From Thermoanaerobaculia bacterium (GTDB lineage Bacteria; Acidobacteriota; Thermoanaerobaculia; Multivoradales; UBA5704), in the NCBI GenBank assembly GCA_036376245.1, contig DASVAS010000072.1, forward strand, positions 12,959 through 76,958: DNA of 64,000 nt, written 5' to 3'. The notes beneath the pieces were generated by a model. That model was not told the origin of the DNA. It ran no database searches and saw only the letters and a list, made by a program, of their open reading frames with translations. Position numbers and translations under genes: made by a program. Shown here piece after piece: positions 18,036-26,793 of the stretch (position 1 is the stretch's first letter; each line of letters opens with the position of its first letter).

Positions 18036-19829
18036 ATGCGATCGAAGTCCGTGTTTGCGATATTGATCCCAATATTGATCCCAATATTGATCCTGGCGTC
18101 CGCCGCCGCCTGGGCCGCCCCCGCGAAGGACGACCTCCAGGCCCGGCGCGACGCCTTGAACGCCCTGCTCGCCGAGCAGTGGGAATACAACCTCTCCCGC
18201 ACCCCGGAGTTCGCCTCCATCCTGGGCGACAAGCGCTGGAACGACAAGATCTCCGACTTCTCCCAGGAGTCGATCGACGCCAACCTCGCCAAGACGAAGG
18301 AATTCCTCAAGAAGTTCGAAGCCATCGACACCACCGGCTTCCCCGAGCAGGAGGCTCTGAACCAGGAGCTGATGGTGCGCGGGCTGAAGGAGGATATCGA
18401 GGGCTCGAAGTGGAAGGGCTACCTGATGCCGGTCAACCAGATGGGCGGCATCCACCTGCTGCTGCCGCAGCTCGCCTCGCTGGTGCCGCTGGCCACGGTC
18501 AAGGACTACGACGACCTGATCGCCCGCTACCGCCAGTACCCCAAGGTGTTCGACCAGACGATCGGGCACATGCGGACCGGCATGGCCGCCGGCCTGATGC
18601 CGCCCAAGTTCCTGCTGGAGAAGGTGGCGACGCAGGCCGAGGGGATCGCGGCGACGCCCATCGAGCAGTCCCCCTTCGCCCAGGCGCTGGCCAAGTTCCC
18701 CAAGGAGATCCCCGAGGCCGAGCAGAAGCGCATCCGCGAGGAGATGACCGCCGCCATCCGCGACTCGCTGATCCCGTCGTACAACAAGTTCGCGAAGTTC
18801 GTGAAGGAGGAGTACGCCCCGAAGGGACGCACCGAGCCCGGCATGTGGTCGCTGCCCGACGGCGCGGCCCGCTACGCCTGGGAAGTGGAGCAGTCCACCA
18901 CGACCAAGCTGACGCCGGAGCAGATCCACCAGATCGGCCTGCGCGAGGTGGCGCGGATCGAGGGCGAGATGCTGGTCATCGCCAGGAAGCTCGGCTACAA
19001 GGACGTCAAGAGCTTCAACGCCGCCATCGAGAACGATCCCAAGCTCAAGGCCAAATCGCGCGAGCACATCCTCGAGCTGTACCGCAAGCATATCGACCAG
19101 ATGTACACCCAACTGCCGCAGCTCTTCGGCCGCCTGCCCAAGGCCAAGGTCGAGGTCATGAAGGTGGAGGAGTTCCGCGAGAAGGAAGCTTCGGGCGCGC
19201 AGTACATCCCCGGCGCGCCGGACGGCTCCCGGCCCGGCCGCGTGCTGGTGAACACCAGCGAGCCGGAGACGCGCAAGGTCATCTCCATGGAATCCACCGC
19301 CTACCACGAAGGCGTGCCGGGGCACCACATGCAGCTCTCCATCGCGCAGGAGCTGCCCGAGCTGCCGCCGTTCCGCCAGCAGGGGGGCTACACCTCCTTC
19401 GCCGAGGGCTGGGCCCTGTACTCCGAGCGCCTGGGCAAGGAGGTCGGCTTCTACCAGGACCCGTACAGCGACTACGGCCGCCTGCAGGACGAGATGCTCC
19501 GCGCCATCCGCCTGGTGGTGGACACCGGCTTCCACTACAAGCGCTGGAGCCGCGACCAGGTGGTCCAGTTCTTCCGCGACCACTCGGCGACGGACGAGGT
19601 GGACATCCAGAGCGAGACCGACCGCTACATCGTCTGGCCGGGCCAGGCCCTGGCCTACAAGATCGGCCAGATGAAGATCCTCGAGCTGCGCGAGCGGGCC
19701 AGGAAGGAGCTCGGCGCCAGGTTCGACATCCGCAAGTTCCACGACGAGGTCCTCGGCGGCGGCGCGCTGCCGCTGGACGTCCTGGAAGAGCGGATCGACA
19801 CCTGGATCGCCGCGCAGAAGAAAGCCTGA
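18036..19829 (+). CDS. DUF885 family protein (putative metallopeptidase-like, HEGVPGHH)
   Basis: RBS gaaaggaga; signal peptide containing ILIPILIPILIL (a triplicated 12-bp DNA unit); HEGVPGHHMQ motif. Confidence 0.7.
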   Translation: MRSKSVFAILIPILIPILILASAAAWAAPAKDDLQARRDALNALLAEQWEYNLSRTPEFASILGDKRWNDKISDFSQESIDANLAKTKEFLKKFEAIDTTGFPEQEALNQELMVRGLKEDIEGSKWKGYLMPVNQMGGIHLLLPQLASLVPLATVKDYDDLIARYRQYPKVFDQTIGHMRTGMAAGLMPPKFLLEKVATQAEGIAATPIEQSPFAQALAKFPKEIPEAEQKRIREEMTAAIRDSLIPSYNKFAKFVKEEYAPKGRTEPGMWSLPDGAARYAWEVEQSTTTKLTPEQIHQIGLREVARIEGEMLVIARKLGYKDVKSFNAAIENDPKLKAKSREHILELYRKHIDQMYTQLPQLFGRLPKAKVEVMKVEEFREKEASGAQYIPGAPDGSRPGRVLVNTSEPETRKVISMESTAYHEGVPGHHMQLSIAQELPELPPFRQQGGYTSFAEGWALYSERLGKEVGFYQDPYSDYGRLQDEMLRAIRLVVDTGFHYKRWSRDQVVQFFRDHSATDEVDIQSETDRYIVWPGQALAYKIGQMKILELRERARKELGARFDIRKFHDEVLGGGALPLDVLEERIDTWIAAQKKA

Positions 19830-19847
19830 TCCCTCCCTCCTGACCCT

Positions 19848-19887
19848 GGGCGGGGCCCCGTCCCCGCCCGCCTTTCCCCTTTTTCCC
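19848..19887 (+). terminator. Rho-independent terminator
   Basis: GGGCGGGGCCCCGTCCCCGCCC hairpin followed by CCTTTCCCCTTTTTCCC. Confidence 0.5.
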
Positions 19888-19979
19888 GCGCCCCCCTTCC
19901 TTCTTTCTATAGATCGATTACAATAAGCGGCAACAACCGAGAGTCGTACCGCTCTCACAGCCCGGGAGGATCGCTTTTC

Positions 19980-21296
19980 ATGCCTCCGTTCTCTCGCCTC
20001 GCGGCCGGAGCATGCTCCGCCGCGCTCGGGTTGGCCTGCTGTTTCGCGGCGCGCGCCGGCGCCGCCGTCGTGCCGGTCGCCAACGCTTCGCAACTGGTCG
20101 CCGCCGTCAACGCCGCCGCGCCCGGGGACGTCATCACCCTCGCCCCCGGCACCTACAACCTGCAGCAGAACCTCTACTGCGACAACCCGGGGACCGCCGG
20201 CCAGCCCATCGTGGTCCGCGCCGGGGCTCTCGGGCAGGCGCTGATCCGCTTCGACGCGATCGAGGGCTTCAAGGTCTCCGCGCCCTACTGGACGTTCGAG
20301 AACCTGGACGTCCAGGGCGTCTGCGCCGCGCATTCCAATTGCGAGCACGCCTTCCACGTGGTGGGGCAGGCGGACTTCACGCGCATCCGCAACTCCCGGC
20401 TGCGCGACTACAACGCGGCCATCAAGGGGAACGGCGAGGGCAGTCCCTTCGTCTTCCCGGACGACGTGCTGATCGAGGGCAACGAGATCGCCAACTCGTC
20501 GATCCGCCAGACGTCGAATCCGGTGACGCCCATCGACGTGGTGGGCGGCCGGCGCTGGGTGGTGCGGGGGAACTACATCCACGACCACGCCAAGGGGCAG
20601 GGCGACGGGATCAGCTACGCCGCCTTCCTCAAGGGCAACTCCCGGGACGGGCTTTTCGAGCGCAACCTGGTGATCTGCGAAAAGGACCACGCGGGGGGTG
20701 TGCGGCTGGGGCTCTCCTTCGGCGGCGGCGGATCGTGGCCGGAATCGGTCTGCGAGGACGGAGTCTGCACGCCGGAGCACCGCAACGGCGTGATGCGCAA
20801 CAACATCATCGAAAACTGCTCGCAGGACGTCGGGATCTACCTCAACAAGGCCCAGAACACGAAGGTCTACAACAACACCCTCTACAACACCACGGGGATC
20901 GACGTCCGCTTCACGGCCAGCACGGCCGACCTGCGCAACAACATCCTCTCGGGTGCGATCCGCAACCGGGACGGCGGCACCAGCACCAAGGCGTCGAACC
21001 GCGAAGGGGTGACCCTGGCGCAATTCGCCCTCTGGTTCCTCAACCCCGCGGGAGCGGTCTTCACGCTGCTCGACGGCTCGCAGATCGTCGATCTGGGCCA
21101 ATACCTGCCGGAGGTGCCGGACGACTACTGCGGCAACCTGCGAGACGACGGCGCGCTGGACCTCGGCGCGGTGGAGTTCGACGGCGCCGCCACCTGCGAC
21201 ACCTCCCGGCCGCCCGGCGGCGGCGGAGGCGGCGCCATGATCTTCGGAGACGGCTTCGAATCGGGCGGGATGGGGGCGTGGGTGGCGGGGCAGTGA
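19980..21296 (+). CDS. secreted right-handed parallel beta-helix repeat protein (polysaccharide-lyase/pectate-lyase-like fold)
   Basis: Signal peptide; APGDVITLAPGTYNL..QPIVVRA; repeated NN.I.N / G..VRGN beta-helix rungs; Gly-rich C-terminus. Confidence 0.65.
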   Translation: MPPFSRLAAGACSAALGLACCFAARAGAAVVPVANASQLVAAVNAAAPGDVITLAPGTYNLQQNLYCDNPGTAGQPIVVRAGALGQALIRFDAIEGFKVSAPYWTFENLDVQGVCAAHSNCEHAFHVVGQADFTRIRNSRLRDYNAAIKGNGEGSPFVFPDDVLIEGNEIANSSIRQTSNPVTPIDVVGGRRWVVRGNYIHDHAKGQGDGISYAAFLKGNSRDGLFERNLVICEKDHAGGVRLGLSFGGGGSWPESVCEDGVCTPEHRNGVMRNNIIENCSQDVGIYLNKAQNTKVYNNTLYNTTGIDVRFTASTADLRNNILSGAIRNRDGGTSTKASNREGVTLAQFALWFLNPAGAVFTLLDGSQIVDLGQYLPEVPDDYCGNLRDDGALDLGAVEFDGAATCDTSRPPGGGGGGAMIFGDGFESGGMGAWVAGQ

Positions 21297-21353
21297 AATT
21301 GGCGTTGCGTCGACCGCGGAAGCTCCGCGCTCGTCGCAAGCCTTCCGCGACGG

Positions 21354-21440
21354 TTTTTTAGCCTTAAAAATCGTCGCGGAGCTTCCGGCGCCGCCGTATA
21401 GCCTTAAAAATAGTTTTTTAGCCTAAAAAACTAGTTTTAT
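21354..21440. repeat. AT-rich patch with three TAGCC(T)TAAAAA(T) copies
   Basis: TTTTTTAGCCTTAAAAAT ... TATAGCCTTAAAAATAG TTTTTTAGCCTAAAAAACTAG TTTTAT; strongly AT-rich relative to the surrounding DNA. Confidence 0.6.
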
Positions 21441-21444
21441 TCTT

Positions 21445-21564
21445 CCGCGGCCGTTTTTAACGCTCCGGCGGCGTTTTTAACGGTCCGGTGGCGTTTTTAA
21501 CGGACCGGCGGAGTTTTTAACGCTCCGGAGCAGTTTTTAATGCTCCGCGGCCGTTTTTCGGGCT
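21445..21564. repeat. six head-to-tail 20-bp direct repeats (iteron-like array)
   Basis: CCGCGGCCGTTTTTAACGCT / CCGGCGGCGTTTTTAACGGT / CCGGTGGCGTTTTTAACGGA / CCGGCGGAGTTTTTAACGCT / CCGGAGCAGTTTTTAATGCT / CCGCGGCCGTTTTTCGGGCT. The period is exactly 20 bp and each junction can form AACGC-N7-GCGTT followed by T5. Confidence 0.75.
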
Positions 21565-21604
21565 TAGCGGGCGTCCCGGAAGCTTTGCGGAGGCTCCCAA
21601 GCCT

Positions 21605-23137
21605 TCACCAGAACCCCAACGCCTTGGCCATCACCCAGTAGATCGCGTTCTGTTCCATCGTCCCCTGGAAGAGATGGGCGTAGGGGCCGCGGGCGAAGAT
21701 GGCCACGTCCTCGCCGCCGTGGGTCTCGGAGCCCAAGGGGACGAGCGCCTGCTGCCGGTAATCGCGCCCTTTCGCCTCGTCCTGCGTGAGGTCCGGACGG
21801 GCGCCGTTGACCGCTCCAGGGCCGTTGGCGTACCCGAGGGTCGTATAGGGTTTGCCATCCTTGGCCAGGGAGGGAGCGGCCTCCGGCTTGCCGTCGACGC
21901 CATTGGAGACCACCAGCCCCAGGATGTCGTTGCCCCGGGTGGGATAGCCGTTCATCGTCAAGGTATGACTGTGGTCCGCCGTGACGATGATCAGGGTGTC
22001 GTCGCTCGTCATCAGCGCCGCCCGCTCGACCGCTCGCGCCAGCTCGATCGCCTCGGTGAGCGCCCGGTAGGCGTTGCTCCCGTGATGGCCGTGATCGACG
22101 CGCCCGCCTTCCACCATGAGGAAGAACCCTTCGGGGCTGCGCTCGAGGATCCGGATGGCCTTTTCGGTCATCTCCGTCAGCGAAGGCTCGTTGGTCCGGT
22201 CGATCTCGAATTGCATGTAGCTGCGCTCGAACAGCCCCAGGACCGGCCCCGTCTTCGCGGGATCGATCTTGTTGAATCCCGCCAGGTCCCAGACGTACTG
22301 GCCGCCGGCTTTTTCCCATTCCTTGGTGAGATTTCGCCCGTCCTTCCGTTGCCCTTTCTTGCTGGCGTCCTCGGGATCGGGATCGCTCGCCGTCAGGAAA
22401 TTCGCCCGGCCGCCTCCCATGGCGACTTCCAGGCCCTTGCTCCGGACGCCGTTCAGGGTCGTTTCCCGCAGGTTGAATTCGACGAGTTGCCGGGCGATGT
22501 CGCGGAATCCCGCCGCCGCGGCGCCCGGGCTGAGGTCGGCGTCGGACTCCCAGCCGCGGTTGGGAGTGTGGGCGTAGCAGGCGCCGGGGGTGGCGTGGGT
22601 GACGGTGGCGGTGGAGACCACGCCGGTCCACATGCCGCGCTTCTCGGCCCGCTCCAGGATGGTCTCCAACTGATTCGCGGGATCGGAGGCCGCCGCGAAG
22701 TCGTCGTTGGCCAGCACGTTGGGAGCGATGGAGAGCATGCCGTCGTTGGCCTTGCTGCCGGTGACGATGGCGGTCATGGTGGGCGCGGAGTCGGCGACCT
22801 GCTGGTTGGCCTGGTAGGTCTTGGAGTGGGCGAGATAGGGGAACTTCTCGAAGCTGAGCGCGTTCTCCTCGCCGCCGTAGGGGCTCTTCTTCAACTGTCC
22901 GTCGAGGATGCGGGCCGCCGTGATGGTGCTGACCCCCATGCCGTCGCCGACGAACAGGATGACGTTCCGGGCCTTGTTCGTGTTCGGCTGCAGGCGCTGG
23001 TTCGCCTCGACCTGGGCGCGGGCCCGCGCCATGAACTCGTCCCGGGTCTCGTGGGCCGTGGCCTGGGAGAAGAGTGGGGCGCCGGTGGTCAACAGGACGG
23101 CAAGGCTCAGGCGTAGCGTTCTGCCCATCGATCCCAT
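21605..23137 (-). CDS. alkaline phosphatase (PhoA family)
   Basis: VEGGRVDHGHH and TADHSHT active-site blocks; signal peptide; 510 aa. Confidence 0.85.
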   Translation of the reverse strand: MGSMGRTLRLSLAVLLTTGAPLFSQATAHETRDEFMARARAQVEANQRLQPNTNKARNVILFVGDGMGVSTITAARILDGQLKKSPYGGEENALSFEKFPYLAHSKTYQANQQVADSAPTMTAIVTGSKANDGMLSIAPNVLANDDFAAASDPANQLETILERAEKRGMWTGVVSTATVTHATPGACYAHTPNRGWESDADLSPGAAAAGFRDIARQLVEFNLRETTLNGVRSKGLEVAMGGGRANFLTASDPDPEDASKKGQRKDGRNLTKEWEKAGGQYVWDLAGFNKIDPAKTGPVLGLFERSYMQFEIDRTNEPSLTEMTEKAIRILERSPEGFFLMVEGGRVDHGHHGSNAYRALTEAIELARAVERAALMTSDDTLIIVTADHSHTLTMNGYPTRGNDILGLVVSNGVDGKPEAAPSLAKDGKPYTTLGYANGPGAVNGARPDLTQDEAKGRDYRQQALVPLGSETHGGEDVAIFARGPYAHLFQGTMEQNAIYWVMAKALGFW

Positions 23138-23188
23138 GCGGTGTCTCCCTTCTGTCGAGGAGATCTACTATAGACAAAGGAGGAGACC

Positions 23189-23620
23189 ATGTCCGAAACC
23201 GAAGACCTCAAACAGGTCGTGGAAGGCAACGACGGCATCTCCGTGATCCGGGGGAGCGGCGTGTTCCGCGGCTGGAACGGCATCCAGTACAAGGCGGGGC
23301 TGTCGGCGAAGAACGTCAACGCCCAGAAGCTCTCCATGAACGTGGCCACGATTCCGCCGGGCGGCACCGCGTACGCGCACATCCACGTGGATTTCGAGGT
23401 GATGCTCTACATCCTCGCGGGCCGCGTCCGCCACGAATACGGCCCGGGCCTGAAGAAGATCGTGGACAACGAGGCCGGCGACTTCATCTTCATCGAGCCC
23501 GGCGTGCCGCACGAGGTCCACAACCTCAGCGACACCGAGCCCGTGGTGGCCGTGGTCGCCCGCTCGGACGCCTCCGAGTGGGAGAACATCGTCAACTATG
23601 ATCGGAACAGTGAGGGGTAG
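23189..23620 (+). CDS. cupin domain protein
   Basis: PGGTAYAHIHVDFE and GDFIFIEPGVPHEVHN (two-motif cupin signature); RBS aaaggagga. Confidence 0.75.
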   Translation: MSETEDLKQVVEGNDGISVIRGSGVFRGWNGIQYKAGLSAKNVNAQKLSMNVATIPPGGTAYAHIHVDFEVMLYILAGRVRHEYGPGLKKIVDNEAGDFIFIEPGVPHEVHNLSDTEPVVAVVARSDASEWENIVNYDRNSEG

Positions 23621-23630
23621 GTGCTCGGGG

Positions 23631-23722
23631 ACAAGGACCTAAAGGACCTAAACGACCTAAACGACCTAAAGGACTCAAAGGACAGTCATTCGTCCTTTTT
23701 GTCCTTTAGGTCGTTTAGGTCC
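23631..23722. repeat. nonamer-built palindromic hairpin element, copy 2
   Basis: AAGGACCTA AAGGACCTA AACGACCTA AACGACCTA AAGGACTCA AAGGACAG then a TCATTCG loop and the inverted arm (GTCCTTTTTGTCCTTTAGGTCGTTTAGGTCC); lies between the convergent cupin and hemD 3' ends. Confidence 0.7.
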
Positions 23723-24482
23723 TTCCTGCTTCCAAAGCCAACTCCACCGCCTCCACCAGCGCCTCGTCCCCCGGCCGTTCCGCCTCGGCGGCGGGCGCGA
23801 TCCCGTGCCGCCGCAGCTCGTTGCTGGTGACCGGGCCGATCGAGGCCGCCCGCAGCTCGGGCTGCCGCCGCTCCCAGTCTTCGAAGAGGTCCACGAACGA
23901 GCGCACGATGCGCGGGCTGGTGAAGGTCACCCAGCCCAGGGGAGCGTCCGCGAAGAGCTCGGCGGCGCGGCGGGGGGCGTCCGCGGGCAGGCGCTTGTCG
24001 TAGGCGACGACCGCCACGGGCTCGGCGCCGGCGGCGGCCAACGCCTCGAAGAGCGTCACGCGGGCGTCCGCCGCCTGCGGGAGGAGCACGCGGGAGCCCC
24101 GGTCCATGTAGGGGAGGAGGTCGGCGGCCAGGCCTTCGGCGTCGGAGCGCCGGGCCTCCAGGAGCGGCTCGATCCCCCAGGAGCGGAGCGCGGCGGCGGT
24201 GGCGGGCCCCACCGCGGCGGCGCGCACACGCACAGGGAGCGCGCCCTGGACCTTCGGCAGGAAGGCCTCGACCGCGTTGGCCGAGGTGAAGACCACCCAC
24301 TCGTAGAGAGGCAGCTCCGAGACCGCCCTTTCCAGCGGGCGCGGATCGGCGGGCGGCACGATCTCCAGCAAGGGGAGGAGCTCGACGAGAGCACCCTCCC
24401 GGGTGAAGGCGGCGGCGAGGCCGTCGGACTGATGCTCGGCGCGGGTGACGACGACGCGGATGCCGGAGAGCGGGCCGGTCAC
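23715..24482 (-). CDS. hemD: uroporphyrinogen-III synthase
   Basis: GTG start overlapping the hemC stop (GTGA); two-lobe HemD pattern (VVVTR...FTSANAV ... WVTFTSPRIV). Confidence 0.75.
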   Translation of the reverse strand: MTGPLSGIRVVVTRAEHQSDGLAAAFTREGALVELLPLLEIVPPADPRPLERAVSELPLYEWVVFTSANAVEAFLPKVQGALPVRVRAAAVGPATAAALRSWGIEPLLEARRSDAEGLAADLLPYMDRGSRVLLPQAADARVTLFEALAAAGAEPVAVVAYDKRLPADAPRRAAELFADAPLGWVTFTSPRIVRSFVDLFEDWERRQPELRAASIGPVTSNELRRHGIAPAAEAERPGDEALVEAVELALEAGRT

Positions 24483-25402
24483 TCCCGGATCCTCGCCAGC
24501 ACCTCGTCCGCGCCCTGGGACCGGAGCGCGGCGACGCAGGCGTCGGCGACTTCCTTCGGATCGGTGCCCGTCGCCTCGCCGCGCGCCGCGTGCAAGCCGT
24601 CCGGAGTCGCCAGCAGGGCGGTCAGCCGCAGGACGCCGCCGTCGCCGTCCGGCCGCGCCCAGGCGGCGAGGGGGAGGGTGCAGTCCGCCCCGAAGGCGGC
24701 CACGACCCGGCGCTCGGCTTCGGCGGCGCGGGCGCTGGCGGAGTGGTCCATGGCGCGGCAGAGCTCCGCGGCCCGCGTCCCTACCTGGACCTCCAGGGCG
24801 AGCGTCCCCTGGCCCGGCGCGGGGATCAGCACGTCCGGCGGGATGGGATGGGCCGGCAGGTCGCGGAGCCCCAGGCGGCCGAGGCCCGCGCCGGCGAGGA
24901 TCACGCCGCCCGCGCCGCTCTCGCGCCACTTGCGCAGCCGGGTGTCCACGTTGCCCCGCAGGGGCTCGACCCGCAGGTCCGGACGGCGGAGCAGGATCTG
25001 GGCGCGTCGGCGCAGGGCGCCGGTGAGCACCACCGCGCCCTCGGGCAGGTCGTCCAGGCTCTCCGCCAATTCGCTCACCAGCACGTCGCGGGGGTCGGCC
25101 CGCTCGGGATAGGCGGCCACGGCGAGCCCGTCGGGCAGGGCGACGGGCAGGTCCTTGAGGCTGTGGACGGCGAAATCGATCGAGCCGTCCAGGAGGCCGG
25201 CCTCCAACTCCTGGGTGAACAGGCCCTTGCCGCCGTGTTTCGCGAGGTCGCCCGGGATCACGTCGCCCGTGGTCACGATGGGCACCAGCTCGACGGCGAG
25301 GCCGGGATGGCGGGATTCCAGCTCGCGGGCCACCATGCCGGACTGCGCCAGCGCGAGGGCGCTCCGGCGCGTCCCCAGACGCAGCACGTTGTCAGTCGTC
25401 AT
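24479..25402 (-). CDS. hemC: hydroxymethylbilane synthase (porphobilinogen deaminase)
   Basis: LRLGTRRSALALAQS, LVPIVTTGD, LRGNVDTRL blocks; its start overlaps the hemA stop. Confidence 0.9.
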   Translation of the reverse strand: MTTDNVLRLGTRRSALALAQSGMVARELESRHPGLAVELVPIVTTGDVIPGDLAKHGGKGLFTQELEAGLLDGSIDFAVHSLKDLPVALPDGLAVAAYPERADPRDVLVSELAESLDDLPEGAVVLTGALRRRAQILLRRPDLRVEPLRGNVDTRLRKWRESGAGGVILAGAGLGRLGLRDLPAHPIPPDVLIPAPGQGTLALEVQVGTRAAELCRAMDHSASARAAEAERRVVAAFGADCTLPLAAWARPDGDGGVLRLTALLATPDGLHAARGEATGTDPKEVADACVAALRSQGADEVLARIRE

Positions 25403-26706
25403 TCTTCGTCGTCATCCAGATGGAACAGCTCGCGGACGAGCTCCAGGCGCGGCAGGGGGTCTCCTGAGCCCTCGCGGGCGCGAAGGCGGGCGCTGGGGTG
25501 GTGGAGGATCTTGCGGACCAGGGCGCGGGTGAGGCGGTCCAGGTCCTCGTGGGTTTCCTTGGGGAAACGCGCCAGGGCGTCGGCCAGCTCGCGCTGGCGG
25601 ATCTTCTCGGCCTGCTTCTGGAGCCGGGCGATGATCGGCTCGGCCTCCAGACCCCGGAACCAGGACCGGAAATGGCCCAGCTCCTGGTCGATGATCTCCT
25701 CGACGTGCGGCACCTCCTCCTTGCGCCGCTTGAGGTTGCGCTGGATCAGGTGCTCCAGGGAGTCGACGGTGTGCAGGAAGACGTTCTCGACCTTGCGTAC
25801 CGCCGGATCGATGTTGCGCGGCACGCCGAGGTCCACCGCCAGCAGCGGCCGGTTGCGCCGGGAGCGCATGGCCTCCTGGACGTGGTGGCGGGTGAGCACG
25901 GGCTCCTCGGCGCTGGTGGTGGCGACCACCACGTCGGCGGTCTGGAGGGCCTCCACGCGGGCGTCGAAGGGGAGGATCTCGGCCGCCGGGATCTCCTCGC
26001 GGAACTGCCGCGCCCGTTCCTCGCTACGGTTGGCCACCCGCAGCTCCCGGGCGCCGCGTTCGACCAGAGGACGGGACACCGAGCGGGCGATCTCGCCGGC
26101 GCCGAGGAGCAGCACCCGGCATTCCTCCATGCCGCTGAAGATCTGCCGCGCCAGCTCGACGATGGCGTAGCCCAGGGAGACGGCGCCGGCCGAGATCTCG
26201 GTCTCCTGCCGCGCCCGCGCGCCCGCCGCCGAGGCGCTGCGCAGCAGCCGGCGGAGGATCGGTCCCTCGGCGCCCATGGCCTCGGCCAGCGCCGCGGACT
26301 GCTTGATCTGCCCCAGGATCTCCGGCTCGCCCAGAACCATGGACTCCAGGCCGCTGGCCACCGCCAGCAGGTGCCGGGCCGCGTCGCCGTTGCGCTTCAC
26401 GTACAGCCGGCCCGGCCGCTCCATCTCCGGCACGCGTTCGAGGAAGACCAGGCCCAGCGCGGCGCGGTAGGCCCCTTCCTCGTCCCGCGGCTGCACGTAG
26501 ACCTCCGTCCGGTTGCAGGTGGAGAGCAGGAACGCCTCCGCCACCTCCGGACGCGCCAGGAGATGGACGAGCGCCTTCTCGGCCTCCTCTTTCGGATAGG
26601 AGACGCGCTCCCGCAGCTCCAGGGGAGAGCAGCGGAAGTCCGTGCCGACGAGCAGCAACGGTGGATCCTGGCGCGGTCTGGCCTCGGCGAGCGGTTCCAT
26701 GTCCAA
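25399..26706 (-). CDS. hemA: glutamyl-tRNA reductase
   Basis: LSTCNRTEVYV catalytic-Cys block and NAD(P)-binding LLLGAGEIA; 435 aa. Confidence 0.9.
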   Translation of the reverse strand: MDMEPLAEARPRQDPPLLLVGTDFRCSPLELRERVSYPKEEAEKALVHLLARPEVAEAFLLSTCNRTEVYVQPRDEEGAYRAALGLVFLERVPEMERPGRLYVKRNGDAARHLLAVASGLESMVLGEPEILGQIKQSAALAEAMGAEGPILRRLLRSASAAGARARQETEISAGAVSLGYAIVELARQIFSGMEECRVLLLGAGEIARSVSRPLVERGARELRVANRSEERARQFREEIPAAEILPFDARVEALQTADVVVATTSAEEPVLTRHHVQEAMRSRRNRPLLAVDLGVPRNIDPAVRKVENVFLHTVDSLEHLIQRNLKRRKEEVPHVEEIIDQELGHFRSWFRGLEAEPIIARLQKQAEKIRQRELADALARFPKETHEDLDRLTRALVRKILHHPSARLRAREGSGDPLPRLELVRELFHLDDDEE

Positions 26707-26793
26707 CTGGATTTTACCCCTGTTCCCGGGATGGACGGGACCGCCTTTTCGGGTGGCGCGACGGGTGGTTTCGCTTTGAACTATACTTTAGCT

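Noticed and set aside
16172-21101. 720-aa ORF 16172..18334(-), 1049-aa ORF 17952..21101(-), 18179..19843(+), 20012..21361(+), 21061..21339(-)
   Set aside because: Giant low-complexity ORFs spanning several real genes (PilZ, DUF2891, DUF885, beta-helix protein). They pass through the MITE copy, and their peptides are RG/PA-rich without domains.
21445-21564. Possibility that the 20-bp array is a CRISPR
   Set aside because: The units are contiguous with no spacers, with no leader-plus-cas context, and the unit is shorter than CRISPR repeats.
21564-25112. ORFs 21564..23177(-), 21674..23116(+), 23074..23601(+), 23686..24300(-), 23715..24929(-) long form, 23805..25112(+), 24445..25026(+), 24590..26170(+)
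   Set aside because: Alternative frames of the alkaline phosphatase, cupin and hemD/hemC/hemA genes. hemD is retained but trimmed to the GTG that overlaps the hemC stop.
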